From positions 46,936,001 to 47,000,000 of the forward strand of contig NC_058368.1 of assembly GCF_018350175.1 (NCBI RefSeq): 64,000 nt of DNA, written 5' to 3'. Shown here in pieces: positions 12,652 through 24,542 of the stretch (the first letter of the stretch is position 1; each line of letters begins with the position of its first letter). A program made the position numbers and the translations under genes. Below the pieces are notes generated by a model. The model was not told where the DNA came from. It ran no database searches and worked only from the letters and a program-made list of their open reading frames with translations. Source of the stretch: Felis catus. Taxonomy: Eukaryota.

Positions 12652-12830
12652 CCTTAGCTCTGAAATAGGCAAGTTCTTTCTCTGCGCCTTGGTTTCCTCA
12701 CAATTCAAATGGAGGTGTTAGTAATAGTATCCACATAGTGAAGTCAGAGGGAGGAATTAATGAGTTTGTGTACATAACGTTCTTAGAACAGCACCTAGAA
12801 CAGATCAATGCTATGTACAGCTTCACCAGG
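12652..12830 (+). mobile_element. MIR SINE (degenerate)
   Basis: ggcaagtt...tctctgcgccttggtttcctca...aaatgg...ttagaacagcaccta. Confidence 0.7.
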
Positions 12831-12847
12831 ATAATTATCAAGTTAGT

Positions 12848-13395
12848 ATGATGGGAGTTTAAGACCACCCCCAAATTTGATCTCACTAGAAGCACTCCCA
12901 GGATTTAGCATATAGGCAGAACTATGGCTGTAATTTATGAAAATGAAAGGGCACACAGCAAAATCAGCAAAGGGAAAAGGTTCTTTGAGCAAAGCCCAGA
13001 AGAAACTAGACACAAGCTTCCAGGAATCCTCTTTCAGCTGAGTAACACAGGACATACTTAAGTCCCGCAGGTATGAGTTGTGATAAGATGTGTGAAGTGT
13101 TAGCTATCAGGGAAGCTAATTTGAAACTCAGAGCTCAGGGTTTTATTGGGAGCTGATCAGATGGGGCACCTTCTGCCTAGCATGTACCAAAATCCCAGAC
13201 TCCCAAAAGGAAATCAGGTTTCCAGCATAAGCAATATTGTTTGCACGAACTGTTCAAGCAGAGTGAGCACTTTGATCAGTTACTGGTGTTGGAAACCCTC
13301 TCAATGTCCAGCTTCTCAGATGCCAGCCAAGAGCCAGCCTTGCAAACAGGATTTTCTAAGGATAGCAGGCCTGCATGTTAATTCTTTTCTGCACA
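12848..13395 (-). mobile_element. ERV LTR (MER21-like)
   Basis: Minus strand begins tgtgcagaaaagaattaac. Contains the MER21 motifs aaaatcagcaaagggaaaagg and caagcttccagg. Confidence 0.75.
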
Positions 13396-13691
13396 ATGAG
13401 TACTTGCTATAAAGATCCTTGCTCAACACTTAACTAGTCACTTCCCAGTGGAAAAATAATTGCCTTAGACACATAAATCAAATTGGGTGATACGTACCAA
13501 AATCAAAATCAATTGCACACTACCAGGTGTTACTTCTAGACAATGACTTCCTGCAAATATTTTCCATGTAAAATAGGATAAAGGCAATATAATGATTACC
13601 TTCTGCCACAACAACATAAGGCACCTTTAAGGAAAAGATAAGTTGTATTTACAAGCTGCTTGAATTTAATTCCTCAGTCTCTTGCTCTTAC

Positions 13692-13854
13692 CTATCCAAT
13701 TTTCCACTTATTCTTTCCACATCCAACTTAAAAACAGGCTTGATGTAGAACTCGGAACAGCTAATTGTCAAATGTGTTCAGATTAGAGAGGTGAGTAAGA
13801 TAAGGCCTCCGATATCAATAATAACAATGGAAGTGCTACAGGACCATTTGGAAT
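13692..13854 (-). other. Putative internal/cassette exon (163 nt), stops in all three frames
   Basis: Acceptor gtcttctgccctgcAG|a and donor tag|GTAAGA. Unique-looking sequence. Confidence 0.4.
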
Positions 13855-14447
13855 CTGCAGGGGCAGAAGACTAAAGCATCGATATGTGATAATGCAGTTA
13901 CTGACAAACATTCACTAATAATCTCCAAGCAGAGAACCCAACGGTTGCTTATGTGATGGCATAAAGAAGGGAGCGTATTATTACTTAATTCTAAAAGACG
14001 TATGTGGTCAGATCAGCTCATTGAGCATTTATATGATGCCAAATTTGGAGTAGGCTATGATGTTCTGATCTGAATGGGTTTACAGTCTCTGAGGGAAACA
14101 GATATGTGATTTGAATAAAATTCAGTAAGGTATAATAAAAATACATGGTAAAAATACTACTGAAAAGTCTCAGCAGAGAAGTTCCAAATTAGGGTATTTT
14201 GCTTTGTGAGCTTGAAAAAGTCATTTAACCTCTCTGGGTTCAAGCTTCTCCATTTGAGATATTATACAATTGTGTTCAGATTGTAAGATTTCAATTAAGA
14301 AAAAGTTTTGTTCCACTTCTTCAAGTTTTTAAGGGTGGTGAGGGTAGATGAGGTGACTATGATGTACCATATCATTTATCAAAAATAATTATCAAAATTA
14401 ATCTTAAGATCCTAGGACACTTGAAATGTTAAGAATATTTTCACTTA

Positions 14448-14667
14448 GGGGCGCCTGGGTGGCGCAGTCGGTTAAGCGTCCGACTTCAGCCAGGTCACGA
14501 TCTCGCGGTCCGCGAGTTCGAGCCCCGCGTCGGGCTCTGGGCTGATGGCTCAGAGCCTGGAGCCTGTTTCCGATTCTGTGTCTCCCTCTCTCTCTGCCCC
14601 TCCCCCGTTCATGCTCTGTCTCTCTCTGTCCCAAAAATAAATAAAAAACATTGAAAAAAAATTTTTA
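14448..14667 (+). mobile_element. Young feline CAN-SINE (SINEC_Fc-like)
   Basis: CpG-intact ggggcgcctgggtggcgcagtcggttaagcgtccgacttcagccaggtcacgatctcgcggtcc. Perfect 17-bp TSD aagaatattttcactta. Confidence 0.97.
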
Positions 14668-17661
14668 AAGAATATTTTCACTTAATAAATTTCACTCCGG
14701 AAAATTATTCCTTTAACCTTAGGATTATTCTAAAAGTAATACGATCGCCTATATTGAGGTGGATGTCAATGGCAAGGGTGGAAAAGATTGTGATTTTTTT
14801 TCCATTGGAATAATCCACAATCAATTTTTTCTTCCCTGCTTCATTCAAAACTATGGGAATAGCAAGTTGGTTTCTGACCTGTAGAAGACCTGGCAAGTAC
14901 CACCAAGGTAAAGTAGGAATCCTTAAATCACTGACCGCAAACTTTATTGGAAAAGTCATTTAACAATTATAAAGTCATTAGCATAGAGTTTAAACAGAAG
15001 CTCCAAAACATCTCACACAGCATTTAAAGATGTAACAAAGCATCCTAGCTGGACAGAATTTTTGCCTTGTAGGTTAAGAAATCATAAGATGTCTAGAAAG
15101 CCCAGAGTAAGGCTCAGAGAATTGATATATGGGTATTAATTAGGTGTACAGAAAGTGTGAGGCCAATGAAAGGGGTTACTGTTTTTATCCTGGAACCGAA
15201 ATTAAGAGGGGGCAATTATGCAACAAAAGATTATGCTTATTATGGAGGAAAGTTTTATAGACCGTATCTCCTGAATTTACCAACTACACATAAGCTGAGA
15301 TTGAATAAAATTATGCTTTTTTAAAAGCCACATGGTGGCACCTGGTAAGGGATTGAATCACAGGGCATTCCAACTTGGATTCCTTTCTAACTAGGGTAGG
15401 GATGCTATAAAGTGGACGAAAAATAGACCATCTGAAGTTAATTGGATGGCTGCCAGGAAAAAGAAGAAGGCAAGTGATGATTTTGCACTTCAGGCGATAT
15501 TAACATTAAGGCCCATTTCATCAGTAAATTTCTATGAAATTCTAACTTTAAAAATCTAGAATAATTAAAAAATCACATTAGGGTATTATAATGGAAATCA
15601 CTGTAAGGAAGTATTTAAGTAAGCACCTATAAAGAAGCCATAGAATCCAAAGGAGATATTTTTGAGCAAGAAAAAAAAAATGGAGATCAACTCTTTCTAT
15701 TATTCTCCACTGTTTTCTTTTTTTTCAGTAAAAATGTTGTTATTGACGTGTTCTTTAGTCCTCATATCTCTCGCTAAAGGATTATTTTGGAATTGAAGTG
15801 TATTTTAGATCATCCAAAAGCACTCCTTCATGATGGTTATTGTTCAAAAATAAAGTCACAAAAACATACATTTCTTTACATCATCTTTTTAAAAATCTCA
15901 TTTCCTAATATATCAGCTCAGAAACACTATGGAAGCTACTCTTTGACTATGAAGTTCCACCAACATTTTTCATGATTCTTTGCATGTTTCATGATATTCA
16001 ATCTTCAAGGATGTCCTCAAGACCAATTTAAATAAATGAAACTAATTGTAGCATATTCCAAACCAACTCATATTTGAAGTTCTCAAATATCTCTACTATT
16101 GAAAAGAGAATTTGGGGTACAGGATTTAGAAATTTGAAATCCAAAGTCAATAATAACAAAATGGGAAATTTAGCTAAGATAGTTCCTGTCCATTAAATTA
16201 ATAAACTTCTTATATCTGCTACCTAGGATATATCCTCGTCAGCTCTACCCAGCCAAGTCTCATCAGGTATTTATGATCACATAGATAATACATTCATGGA
16301 AGACATTATCTTTGACATCATGAGGAATTACCCAATAATACATTTAAGCTGTCTTTCCAGATTGGTTATGGAATTTTATATATCCTACATCCTTAATCCC
16401 CCAATAGTTAGCTCAGTATCATGCATCTCTTAGATAATACTCACATGAACAATTTTTCTCAGCTAAGCCAGGAAATCTTTGTTAATACTCTTGTTGTTAT
16501 GTTCCTGAGTCTTAAAGGAGGGAAGAAAATAATACAAAAAAATTTAAAATGGTGCATATATCTCTTTCTTATATGACACTGCCATCCGTGTTGAGTTGGT
16601 AACCTCAAATTTTATCACTCAAATATTTCTTCATCAATGTCAGGATAAAGTTTGAAACTTCAGAGCACCTCATTCCCACAATTAGCCTACTCTCCTGGTG
16701 ATACTTTCTTCTACTTTTCACATGTATCTACCTGTAACTGTTCAAATTACAAGTCACAAACAATGCGATCTTGAAATTTTAACAGAAAGGAGTAAATACG
16801 ATCTTTTTGCATTGGGACAAGGTTAGAAAAGATATGTGAAAGTACATAAGTCATTTTTAAAAGATCTAAGAAGAGGGACAAAGGAGCAGCACTCTACTTA
16901 AAAAAATGGTACACACACAAAGATGAGAAAAGGAATGGGCAAATATGGATGTTCTCCTGAAAATCATCCCAGAGATGTAAATATAAAATGGGCCCTGGGC
17001 AGAAAGGGAAAGACTTTCCTTGAGCTCTGGGGCCTGGTTTCCAAGGCAGGGAAATATCTAGAGATTCTGGAGTTTGAGCTATTTAGTTATATGCCACAAA
17101 GAAAATTTAGGAGTGAGGCAGAAATTCCAGGTTACGTTTGGACTGGCTTGGAGTTGTTTTCTAAAGATAATCATTTCAAATAACAGATATAAATTATCTT
17201 GTATATTTATTCATATTTTGCCCCTAAATCCCCCTTAGCGTTTTGTTAATTATCAAACTTTGGTTTCTGGGGCAACTAAATTATTAGCCCATGTCTATTC
17301 TTGGGACAAATGGCATCAACCCAGAGAAGTCAGGAAGAGGGGGCCTGTGAGCATGCCAGCTGCTGTAACCAGTGAGTACCAGGAAAGATTTGTAGAAATG
17401 GAACCATTATTTGGGTGTCCCAGAAATTATTTGAGGCGAGGTGTCTGAAATAATAACAAACATACTCAAGAGACCTTGAGCTAATTGAAATTTGGTCACT
17501 AAAATAAAATTACTGCCTTACCTCAAAAAACAAATAAATAAAAAACCAAGAGCCGAGTCATCTACATAAGACTTTAAAAATCTGAACAAGTTGTTATTTA
17601 TTACTTTCCATTTAGGATTTATCTGTATTCTGTTGTAATCTATAGCACAGTGAATATTCTT

Positions 17662-17891
17662 TTTTTATTATTAAAAAAATTGTTTTTACATTTATTTATT
17701 TTTTGAGAGACATAGAGAGACAGAGCACAAGTTGGGGAGGGACAGAGAAAGAAGGAGACATAGAACAGAAGCAGGCTCCAGGCTCCGAGCTGTCAGCACA
17801 GAGCCCGACGCGGGGCTCCAACTCACAAACCGTGAGATCATGACCTGAGCCGAAGTCGGACGCTTAACCGACTGAGCCACCCAGGCGCCCC
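17662..17891 (-). mobile_element. CAN-SINE (SINEC)
   Basis: Canonical body. TSD agtgaatattctt at 17649-17661 and 17895-17907. Confidence 0.95.
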
Positions 17892-18269
17892 TGAAGTGAA
17901 TATTCTTAAAGCTAGAAATGTCAGAAAACTTTTTAACTCTATCATATATTTTGTTTTTAGTGTCTTAAAAAGAGATTTAAATAGCTATACAGGCACTGAA
18001 TTCTGCTTTACAAATAAAAAACCTTAGATACGTTTTTTAATTCATTCTTATTTATTCCCCCTCCCCCTTATCAAAGGAAAAAGTTCATCTCTTATTCTGC
18101 AAGGTGGATGCTTCCATCTATAATATATTATACATGGTTCCCTACTCCCTAGGGTACTGTGTGCCATCAATTACGTCCCGTTTCTTATTTTTTTAACTAT
18201 TTATTCCCACTGAATCATAAGTCTCAGTATATAAACACATTTGTGTTTTCTCTACGAAAATAAACTATA

Positions 18270-18575
18270 CCTACCAGACATCTATGGAACACACCACCCA
18301 GCAACAGCAGAATACACATCCATCTCAAGGACCCTTGGAACATTCTCCAGAACAGACCATATCCTGGCTGGCAAAACAAGTCTCAATAAATGTGAAGATT
18401 GAAATCATACCAACTATTGTTTCAGAACACAAAGTAATGAAGCCAGAAATCAATAACAGAAGGATAACAAGTATGTAGAAATTAAACAAGATACTCTTAA
18501 TAAATGAATCAAAGAAAAATTACAAGGGAAATTAGAAAACACTTTGACATGATTGAAAATGAAACACTGCACACC
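18270..18575 (+). mobile_element. L1 ORF2 endonuclease-region fragment (decayed)
   Basis: Frameshifted translation resembles L1 EN: DIYGT..AEYT..GTFSRTDHIL..KIEIIPTIVSEHKVMKPEINN. Confidence 0.85.
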
Positions 18576-18729
18576 AAGGATCGAATGTGTTCCTTTCAGC
18601 CTGAGGTCTTCTGTTTGAGCTGTGTCTTTTATGATCAGTATATAGTTAAATTGTGTATTGTTAATACAATTTTAGTTTCTACATTTTTTTAGAGAGTATA
18701 GACCATTTACATTGGTATCTATCAACTTA

Positions 18730-20541
18730 TTCTGTGCTTCACAGGTCCATTGGATCAATGTGAGATCAACTGTGGTCAGGTTTCCATTTGTCCCTTGGCC
18801 TCCATGAGACTCCACTATGGATTGGGAACCAGGACAGTGTTTTGAGTCACTCAGTAATCATGTCAGCTGAGAATCTCTTTTCCCAGTTGAGTTAATGTGG
18901 TAAACATCCATAGGCTAATTCTGGAAAAGATGGGAAGAATATTTGCCATATACACTTGTAGGTGTACTAGGATTCTTACTTAAGGGGACCCTATCTTTCC
19001 TTTAATCAATTCTCTGAGTCAGAAAACAAGCTCAGTTATGAAACTTGTTGAAGGACCCTGATTTTCCATTGCAACAGTTGACTTCACCATACACCTTGCA
19101 AGTTCTCAATATTTTCCTGGTTACACAAGTCAAGTGGTACCCTTGACTCCTTACTTACATAATTCCTAAGAATACCACAGGCAGTTAGGTATCACTGTAG
19201 ATCCCTTCTGGTCAAGTCATACAGTTGCCACTATGCTTTTGCAAACATTAATAATAATTATATCTGCTTTGCCTCTGTTGTTCATCACAACCTGGCTTCT
19301 ACCATTTTGAATCATTCTCCCTATTGTTACCAAGGAACCCAATACCAGGCATTACATGCTATTCCTGGCTCTAACCCTGGAAGATAGCCACCAAGTTTCC
19401 AAAAGAGGCATACCCTTACCAGTGTGTTTCTTATTAACTCATTGAATTAGTAAAGGGAATCTTTTGGACTGTCCCAGGAAATACAGGTAAGGAGTACTCT
19501 GATCTCACATAAGAAGTCCATTTTGAAATTATCTTTTCTCTGAGGCTTCTAACACTCTGCCAGGGTATCTCTTATGTCTCTACTTCATTTTCTTTAGGCC
19601 AGAGGCATTTCCAAGCATGCAAAATCCACCTGGGAAGCATAAATATCACTTACCAGGACATTAAACCCTAAGTCATGAGAGAGTACTCTAATATTAATTA
19701 ATATACCACCACCACTGTCCATCTACCACCCTCAAGTTCTCCTCAACCACACATTTTTGCAATTCCTGCTGGTATACATCTTGCAATTTGGGGCTATGTA
19801 TTTTACTTCCTCCCATAACAGGGTCAATATTTCCCCACTTGGACTATCCTGAGATCTGACTCTGTTTATTGGGGTGGAGGTGGTGACAAAAGGCAGGACT
19901 CCATCTTGAGGAAGACATACAAGTTGTGAGGCCCAACTGAGATCTTTACAGGTTTTCCCAGTAAAGAAAGCCTAGTTCAAGGTTCAGAAGAATCTGTGGC
20001 TCAAGAAGTTCTGGCTTATTCACCAAATGTCCCCAAGTGAGTTCTGAAGGAACCACTCTATATCTATTAGGGCCTGAGTTTAATATAAGACTGTGAAGGC
20101 TGTGCATTGTCTTCCTTGTCATTCTGGTAACCTGACAATTAAGTCCTAGGCCTGGTTTTCATCACTATCTGCTCTACGGCTCTATGAGATAACAAGCTGT
20201 TTAAACACTGACATACAGACCCTCTTACTTTCACAGCACACCTTAAAAGAGATAGTTGGTTAGCCTGAGTCTGTCATTTTCCTTTTTTGAGGTTCCTAAA
20301 GCAGATAACAAAGGCCAGAAAGCTCCACAATCCTTATAATTATCATTGTCCTCATATCTTTCAAGTGCCATTGCCACTGCATAACCTCCCCCTTTCATTT
20401 CGTTTTTACCCTCCAGTGAGAATCTTAGTACTTATAACACTACAGCATGTCAGGGCTATCAGAGCTCCACCTCCTCTCATCCATGACAGTTCCAGAATTT
20501 TACACTGGGTGTCTGTGTTTTAGGGTCACTTGTAGTCACAA
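18730..20541 (-). mobile_element. MaLR (MLT1-type) internal region, decayed
   Basis: Resembles MLT-int sequence from memory (acaggtccattggatc..., ggtcaagtcatacagttgccact...) and abuts an MLT1-like LTR. Confidence 0.55.
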
Positions 20542-21060
20542 CTATTTTAGCCTGGGTTACTCTTTCACCACAGAAAGCAGAGTCTGCATTCCTTCTCTTT
20601 CTTAGAAAGCAGAGCCTGAAACCCAGACTTATGTAAGGGATCTTACATGAGGTTAGATGGGGGGTTTGAGAGAGGAAGCCAATAAAAGACCATGTCATCA
20701 ATGTGGTCATTGCTGTGGGCAATTGGGGTTTTGTCCTCCTGAAAACTTCTGAACAGCCATATGGAAATTTCTTCAGGATTGTCCTCTATAAAGAGTGAAA
20801 GAGGGGGGCATTTATTTACTAGTTCCCATCTGTAATTGATTAAAGCTTGCTCTTAAACTTCTATGTGAAAACATACCAGATGGGGATGTGTAGGCATCCC
20901 ACATCTGGCACCAGAGAAGCCTGGGAAAGAAAGCAAGAGATGATCACTCAGCTAAGGTGGGACACATTCAACTTACACCAGTTCAAAGCTGGTTAATTCA
21001 GTGATGGCTGGAGTAAAAGGTGGCCCAAGCCACTGCCAGATAGGATGAAGTGTGTGTTCG
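20542..21060 (-). mobile_element. Old MaLR LTR (MLT1J/K/L-like)
   Basis: tattttagcctgggtt...agaaagcagagcctgaaacccagactt, typical of the reverse complement of old MLT1 LTR ends. Confidence 0.55.
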
Positions 21061-21107
21061 ATACATTTACTTAAACTTTTAAAACATACCCGTTTTGTAC
21101 TCTGGGT

Positions 21108-21180
21108 TTTTTTTAAGTTTTTATTTAAATTCTAGTTAGTTAACATATAGTGTAATATTGGTTTCAGAAGTAGAATTTAC
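21108..21180 (-). mobile_element. Extremely 5'-truncated carnivore L1 3' end
   Basis: tttatttaaattctagttagttaacatatagtgtaatattggtttcagaagtagaattta. Confidence 0.75.
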
Positions 21181-21614
21181 TTATTTTGTACTTTGTATCT
21201 GATTGTCCTAACATTCACAGTTCTTTCTGGTCAAATTCAGTATTTTTTTTTTGGCTAAATTTCATGGAGAATAACTTGTTATATAATGTGTTTTGTAATT
21301 TTAAGTAGTTAGCTCCTATTTCTTGAAAGTATCTGCAAGATAACATTCAATTTGAGTTCTCTGTTTACAAAGTGTTTCTCCACTGAAGCTATCAACTCCA
21401 CTCTACCAATTTTCTGTGGACACTGTCAAGTGGGACAAAGTATAAACTAAATTTTTGATTTCATTTTTTTTGAGGTAGATAAATCACATGACCCTTGATT
21501 CCAATCCTATTGTGCAAGCTTATAGCTACAGGTTCAGGGGACACTTTTCTTTCTTTCTTTCTTTTCTTAACCAAGAGCCAAGGTCAAGGTTGATAAGGAC
21601 TCCCTAGGACTTGC

Positions 21615-22420
21615 ACATTTTTACCTGAGTATCTCCTAGAAACTTCAACAACTTCATTTCTGAAGCTGCATCCATTTTCTTCACAAACTTGCTCTTCCTC
21701 TTGTGTTCTGTATCTCCATCACTTCTACCCCAACCCGCTTAGTCACATAAGACTTTTATAAACCATTATGTTGCTCTTTCTTTCATCATATTATCACATC
21801 TGTTTTTACCACTTACATCTCATGAGCCTGCCCACCCTCTGCTTTCCCCTAGCATGACACTACTGATTTAATTCAAGTTCCTGCATGTTTCTCTCCTGAA
21901 CTATCAAAATAAGAAATAGTTACCATATTTTCCTTTGCTTTCCAAACTATTCTCCAGGTTGTTGCCACAGTGGATTTCTAACACCCAGTTCAGCCATGAC
22001 CCTTGCTTGTAACATTCTTCATCATCCTCTTTCCTGTAGAATACTGTCCACACAACTTAGAATGATTTACATGGTGATTTCTCACTTAGCCCCTAGACCT
22101 GCCTGCTTCCACGTTTTAGTCCATGTTCTTTACTGTGCCTGGAATGCCCTTCTCACACGCTCTTATCTACCTTGCATACTAAGTACTCTTAATATCCTTT
22201 GAAACTCCCCTCTATGGCTTTCATAGGTACTCTTTCCTCTGGGCTCATGTAACAGTTGGGACATACCTCTATTTTGGTGCTTTCGACTGGGTGGTGAAAA
22301 TGTAGTCATTTGTCTGTCTCGATCACTATTTTGTACTCCCAGAGAGTATCAGAAGCCATGCACTATGGCATATTCAACAATACATCATATTATGTTAAAT
22401 GAACCCATGTGTAAATGAAT
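21615..22420 (+). mobile_element. L2 LINE fragment
   Basis: Pyrimidine-rich L2 motifs (aaacttgctcttcctc, tgcctggaatgcccttc) ending in an aatgaa-type tail. Confidence 0.65.
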
Positions 22421-22445
22421 GGACTTGATACTTCCTCCAAGATGT

Positions 22446-22662
22446 CGGGGCACCTGGGTGGCTCAGTTGGTTAAACGTCCAACTTCAGCTTAGGTCATGA
22501 TCTCACAGTCTGTGAGTTCAAGCCCCGTGTGGGGCTCTGTGTTGACGGCTCAGAGCCTGGAGCTTGCTTTGGATTCTGTGTCTCTTTCCCTCTGCCCATC
22601 CACTGCTCTCTCTCTGTCTCTCTGTCTCTCTCTTAAAAATAAATAAACATTAAAAAAAATTT
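22446..22662 (+). mobile_element. CAN-SINE (SINEC)
   Basis: Canonical body. TSD atacttc(c/t)tc(c/t)aagatgt. Confidence 0.95.
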
Positions 22663-23487
22663 ATACTTCTTCTAAGATGTAATGTTAAACAAGGTTGGAC
22701 ATTATTCCTGGTGAAAAGGAAGAGATAAATAATACACATTTACCTAAAATAAAACATAAATGAAAAATAATACAATTCTTCTTTACGTCCTGCATGTTCA
22801 ACTTTTATTCAAATTTGTTTTCTACATATTTGTCAGCCTTTCATTTAAATTTAAACATACTAAATTTTCACTGAAAAAAAGACCATCGGATGATAGCATT
22901 TATTCTGAAAATTATCCAGTCTATTTTTTCAGAAACTGCAATTTATACTACCTAATAGAAACACTTTGAATAGAATGTTTTCACATTTATGTAAGTTTAA
23001 ATTGTTTCATATAGAGCAGCGGCAAGCAATAATGTTCTAGTGCCACTTAAATATATCACAACATTAAATTTTTCACTCTGATTTCACAATGCAACCTGCA
23101 AATATGTAAAAAAAGGTATATTTAAAATGATTTTTTACATTAAAATAATGTCAAAGCATTTATATTTTGTAATAAGGATAATGAAATTAAACAATAATAA
23201 AAATATATGAGGTATTAAAACTGGTTTATTTAGGTTCAGAAGAATAAAGAAGATAAAGGGAGGTGGAATTCACACACTATACTACATACTATTACTATAG
23301 AAATAAATAGGAGATAAAAATACGTATTTATATATTATATATTTCATATATATGTCATATATAAAATAAATAATATGAAATAAACTCACCACGTGACCTG
23401 AAGAGATGTAATTGGGTCTCTCACAAAGGACGTTTTGTAATGGTTGTTATAAATATATGTAATATATAATATACAGACACACATATT

Positions 23488-23809
23488 CAGTTGACCCTGA
23501 GCAACATAGGTTTGAATTACTTGGGCCCACTTACGGATTTTTTTTCTCTACCGTGCAGTACTATAAATGTATTTTCTCTTCCTTAAAATTTTCTTAATAA
23601 CATTTTCTTCCCTCTAGCTTACTATATTGTAAGAATATACTATATATACATATGACATACAAAATGCGGGTTGAGTGTTTTGTTACTGGTAAGTCTTCTG
23701 GTCAAGAGTAGGCTATTAGTAGTTAAGTTTTGGGGGAGTCAGCAGTTATAGATGGGTTTTCTACTCCATGAGGCGGTACCCCAATCCTCGTGTTGTTCAA
23801 GGTCTCCTA
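23488..23809 (+). mobile_element. Tigger2a-like non-autonomous DNA transposon
   Basis: Degenerate TIRs cagttgaccctgagcaacat / gtgttgttcaaggt. Internal ggctattagtagttaagttttggggg. Confidence 0.8.
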
Positions 23810-24049
23810 TGTGTTTAACATGCCAGTCACCATTTTGTTAAGGAACATACTCTTTCACAATGTAGTACTGCTTAAGTTTCATTAGCAAACACATACAGTA
23901 TATGACTGTCTCCCACCCACCACTTCCTATCCTCTTTCATTGCTTTACTACTTTCAAAAACTTTTTTGGCCTTCCAACATACTGATAATTTACTCATCTA
24001 TTCTCTTTATTGTGCTCCCCTTCATCTAATTTAAGAGTTTAGGCCCCAA

Positions 24050-24179
24050 GTGGATGCCTGGGTGGCTCAGTCAAGTTAAATGTCCGACTCCTAGTTTCGG
24101 CTCAGATTATGATTTCCCAGTTTGGGGAGCTTGATCCCTGAGTCATGCTCTGTACTGACAACACTGAGCTTGCTTAGGA

Positions 24180-24236
<57 letters not shown>

Positions 24237-24542
24237 CTTCTCTCTGCCGCTCCCCCACTTGCACTGTCTCTGTCTTTCTCGAAATAAATAAACTTAGGGG
24301 TGCCTGGGTGGCTCAGTCAGTTAAGTGTCTGACTTTAGCTCAGGGACTTTGTGAGTTGGAGCCCCGCATCGGGCTATGTGCTGACAGCTCAGAGCCTGGA
24401 GCCTGCTTTGTTTGTATTCTGTCTCCCTCTCTCTGTGCCGTGTCCCCACTCACACTGCCTCTCCTGCTCTCTCTTTCAAAATAATAAACATTAAAAATTT
24501 TTTTAATTTGCTTACAAAATAAATAAACTTAAAAAAAATCAA
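24050..24542 (+). mobile_element. CAN-SINE with a second SINE inserted in its tail
   Basis: Outer TSD aaga(gt/ac)ttaggc(c/t)ccaa at 24033-24049 and 24543-24559. Confidence 0.9.
24297..24516 (+). mobile_element. Nested CAN-SINE
   Basis: Perfect 15-bp TSD aaataaataaactta at 24282-24296 and 24517-24531. Confidence 0.95.

Noticed and set aside
14448..14530. tRNA-like A/B-box sequences in SINE heads
   Set aside because: These are tRNA-derived CAN-SINE heads followed by SINE body, tail and TSD, not tRNA genes.
14705..14959. 84-aa minus-strand ORF with protein-like composition
   Set aside because: No convincing flanking splice sites and no recognisable homology.
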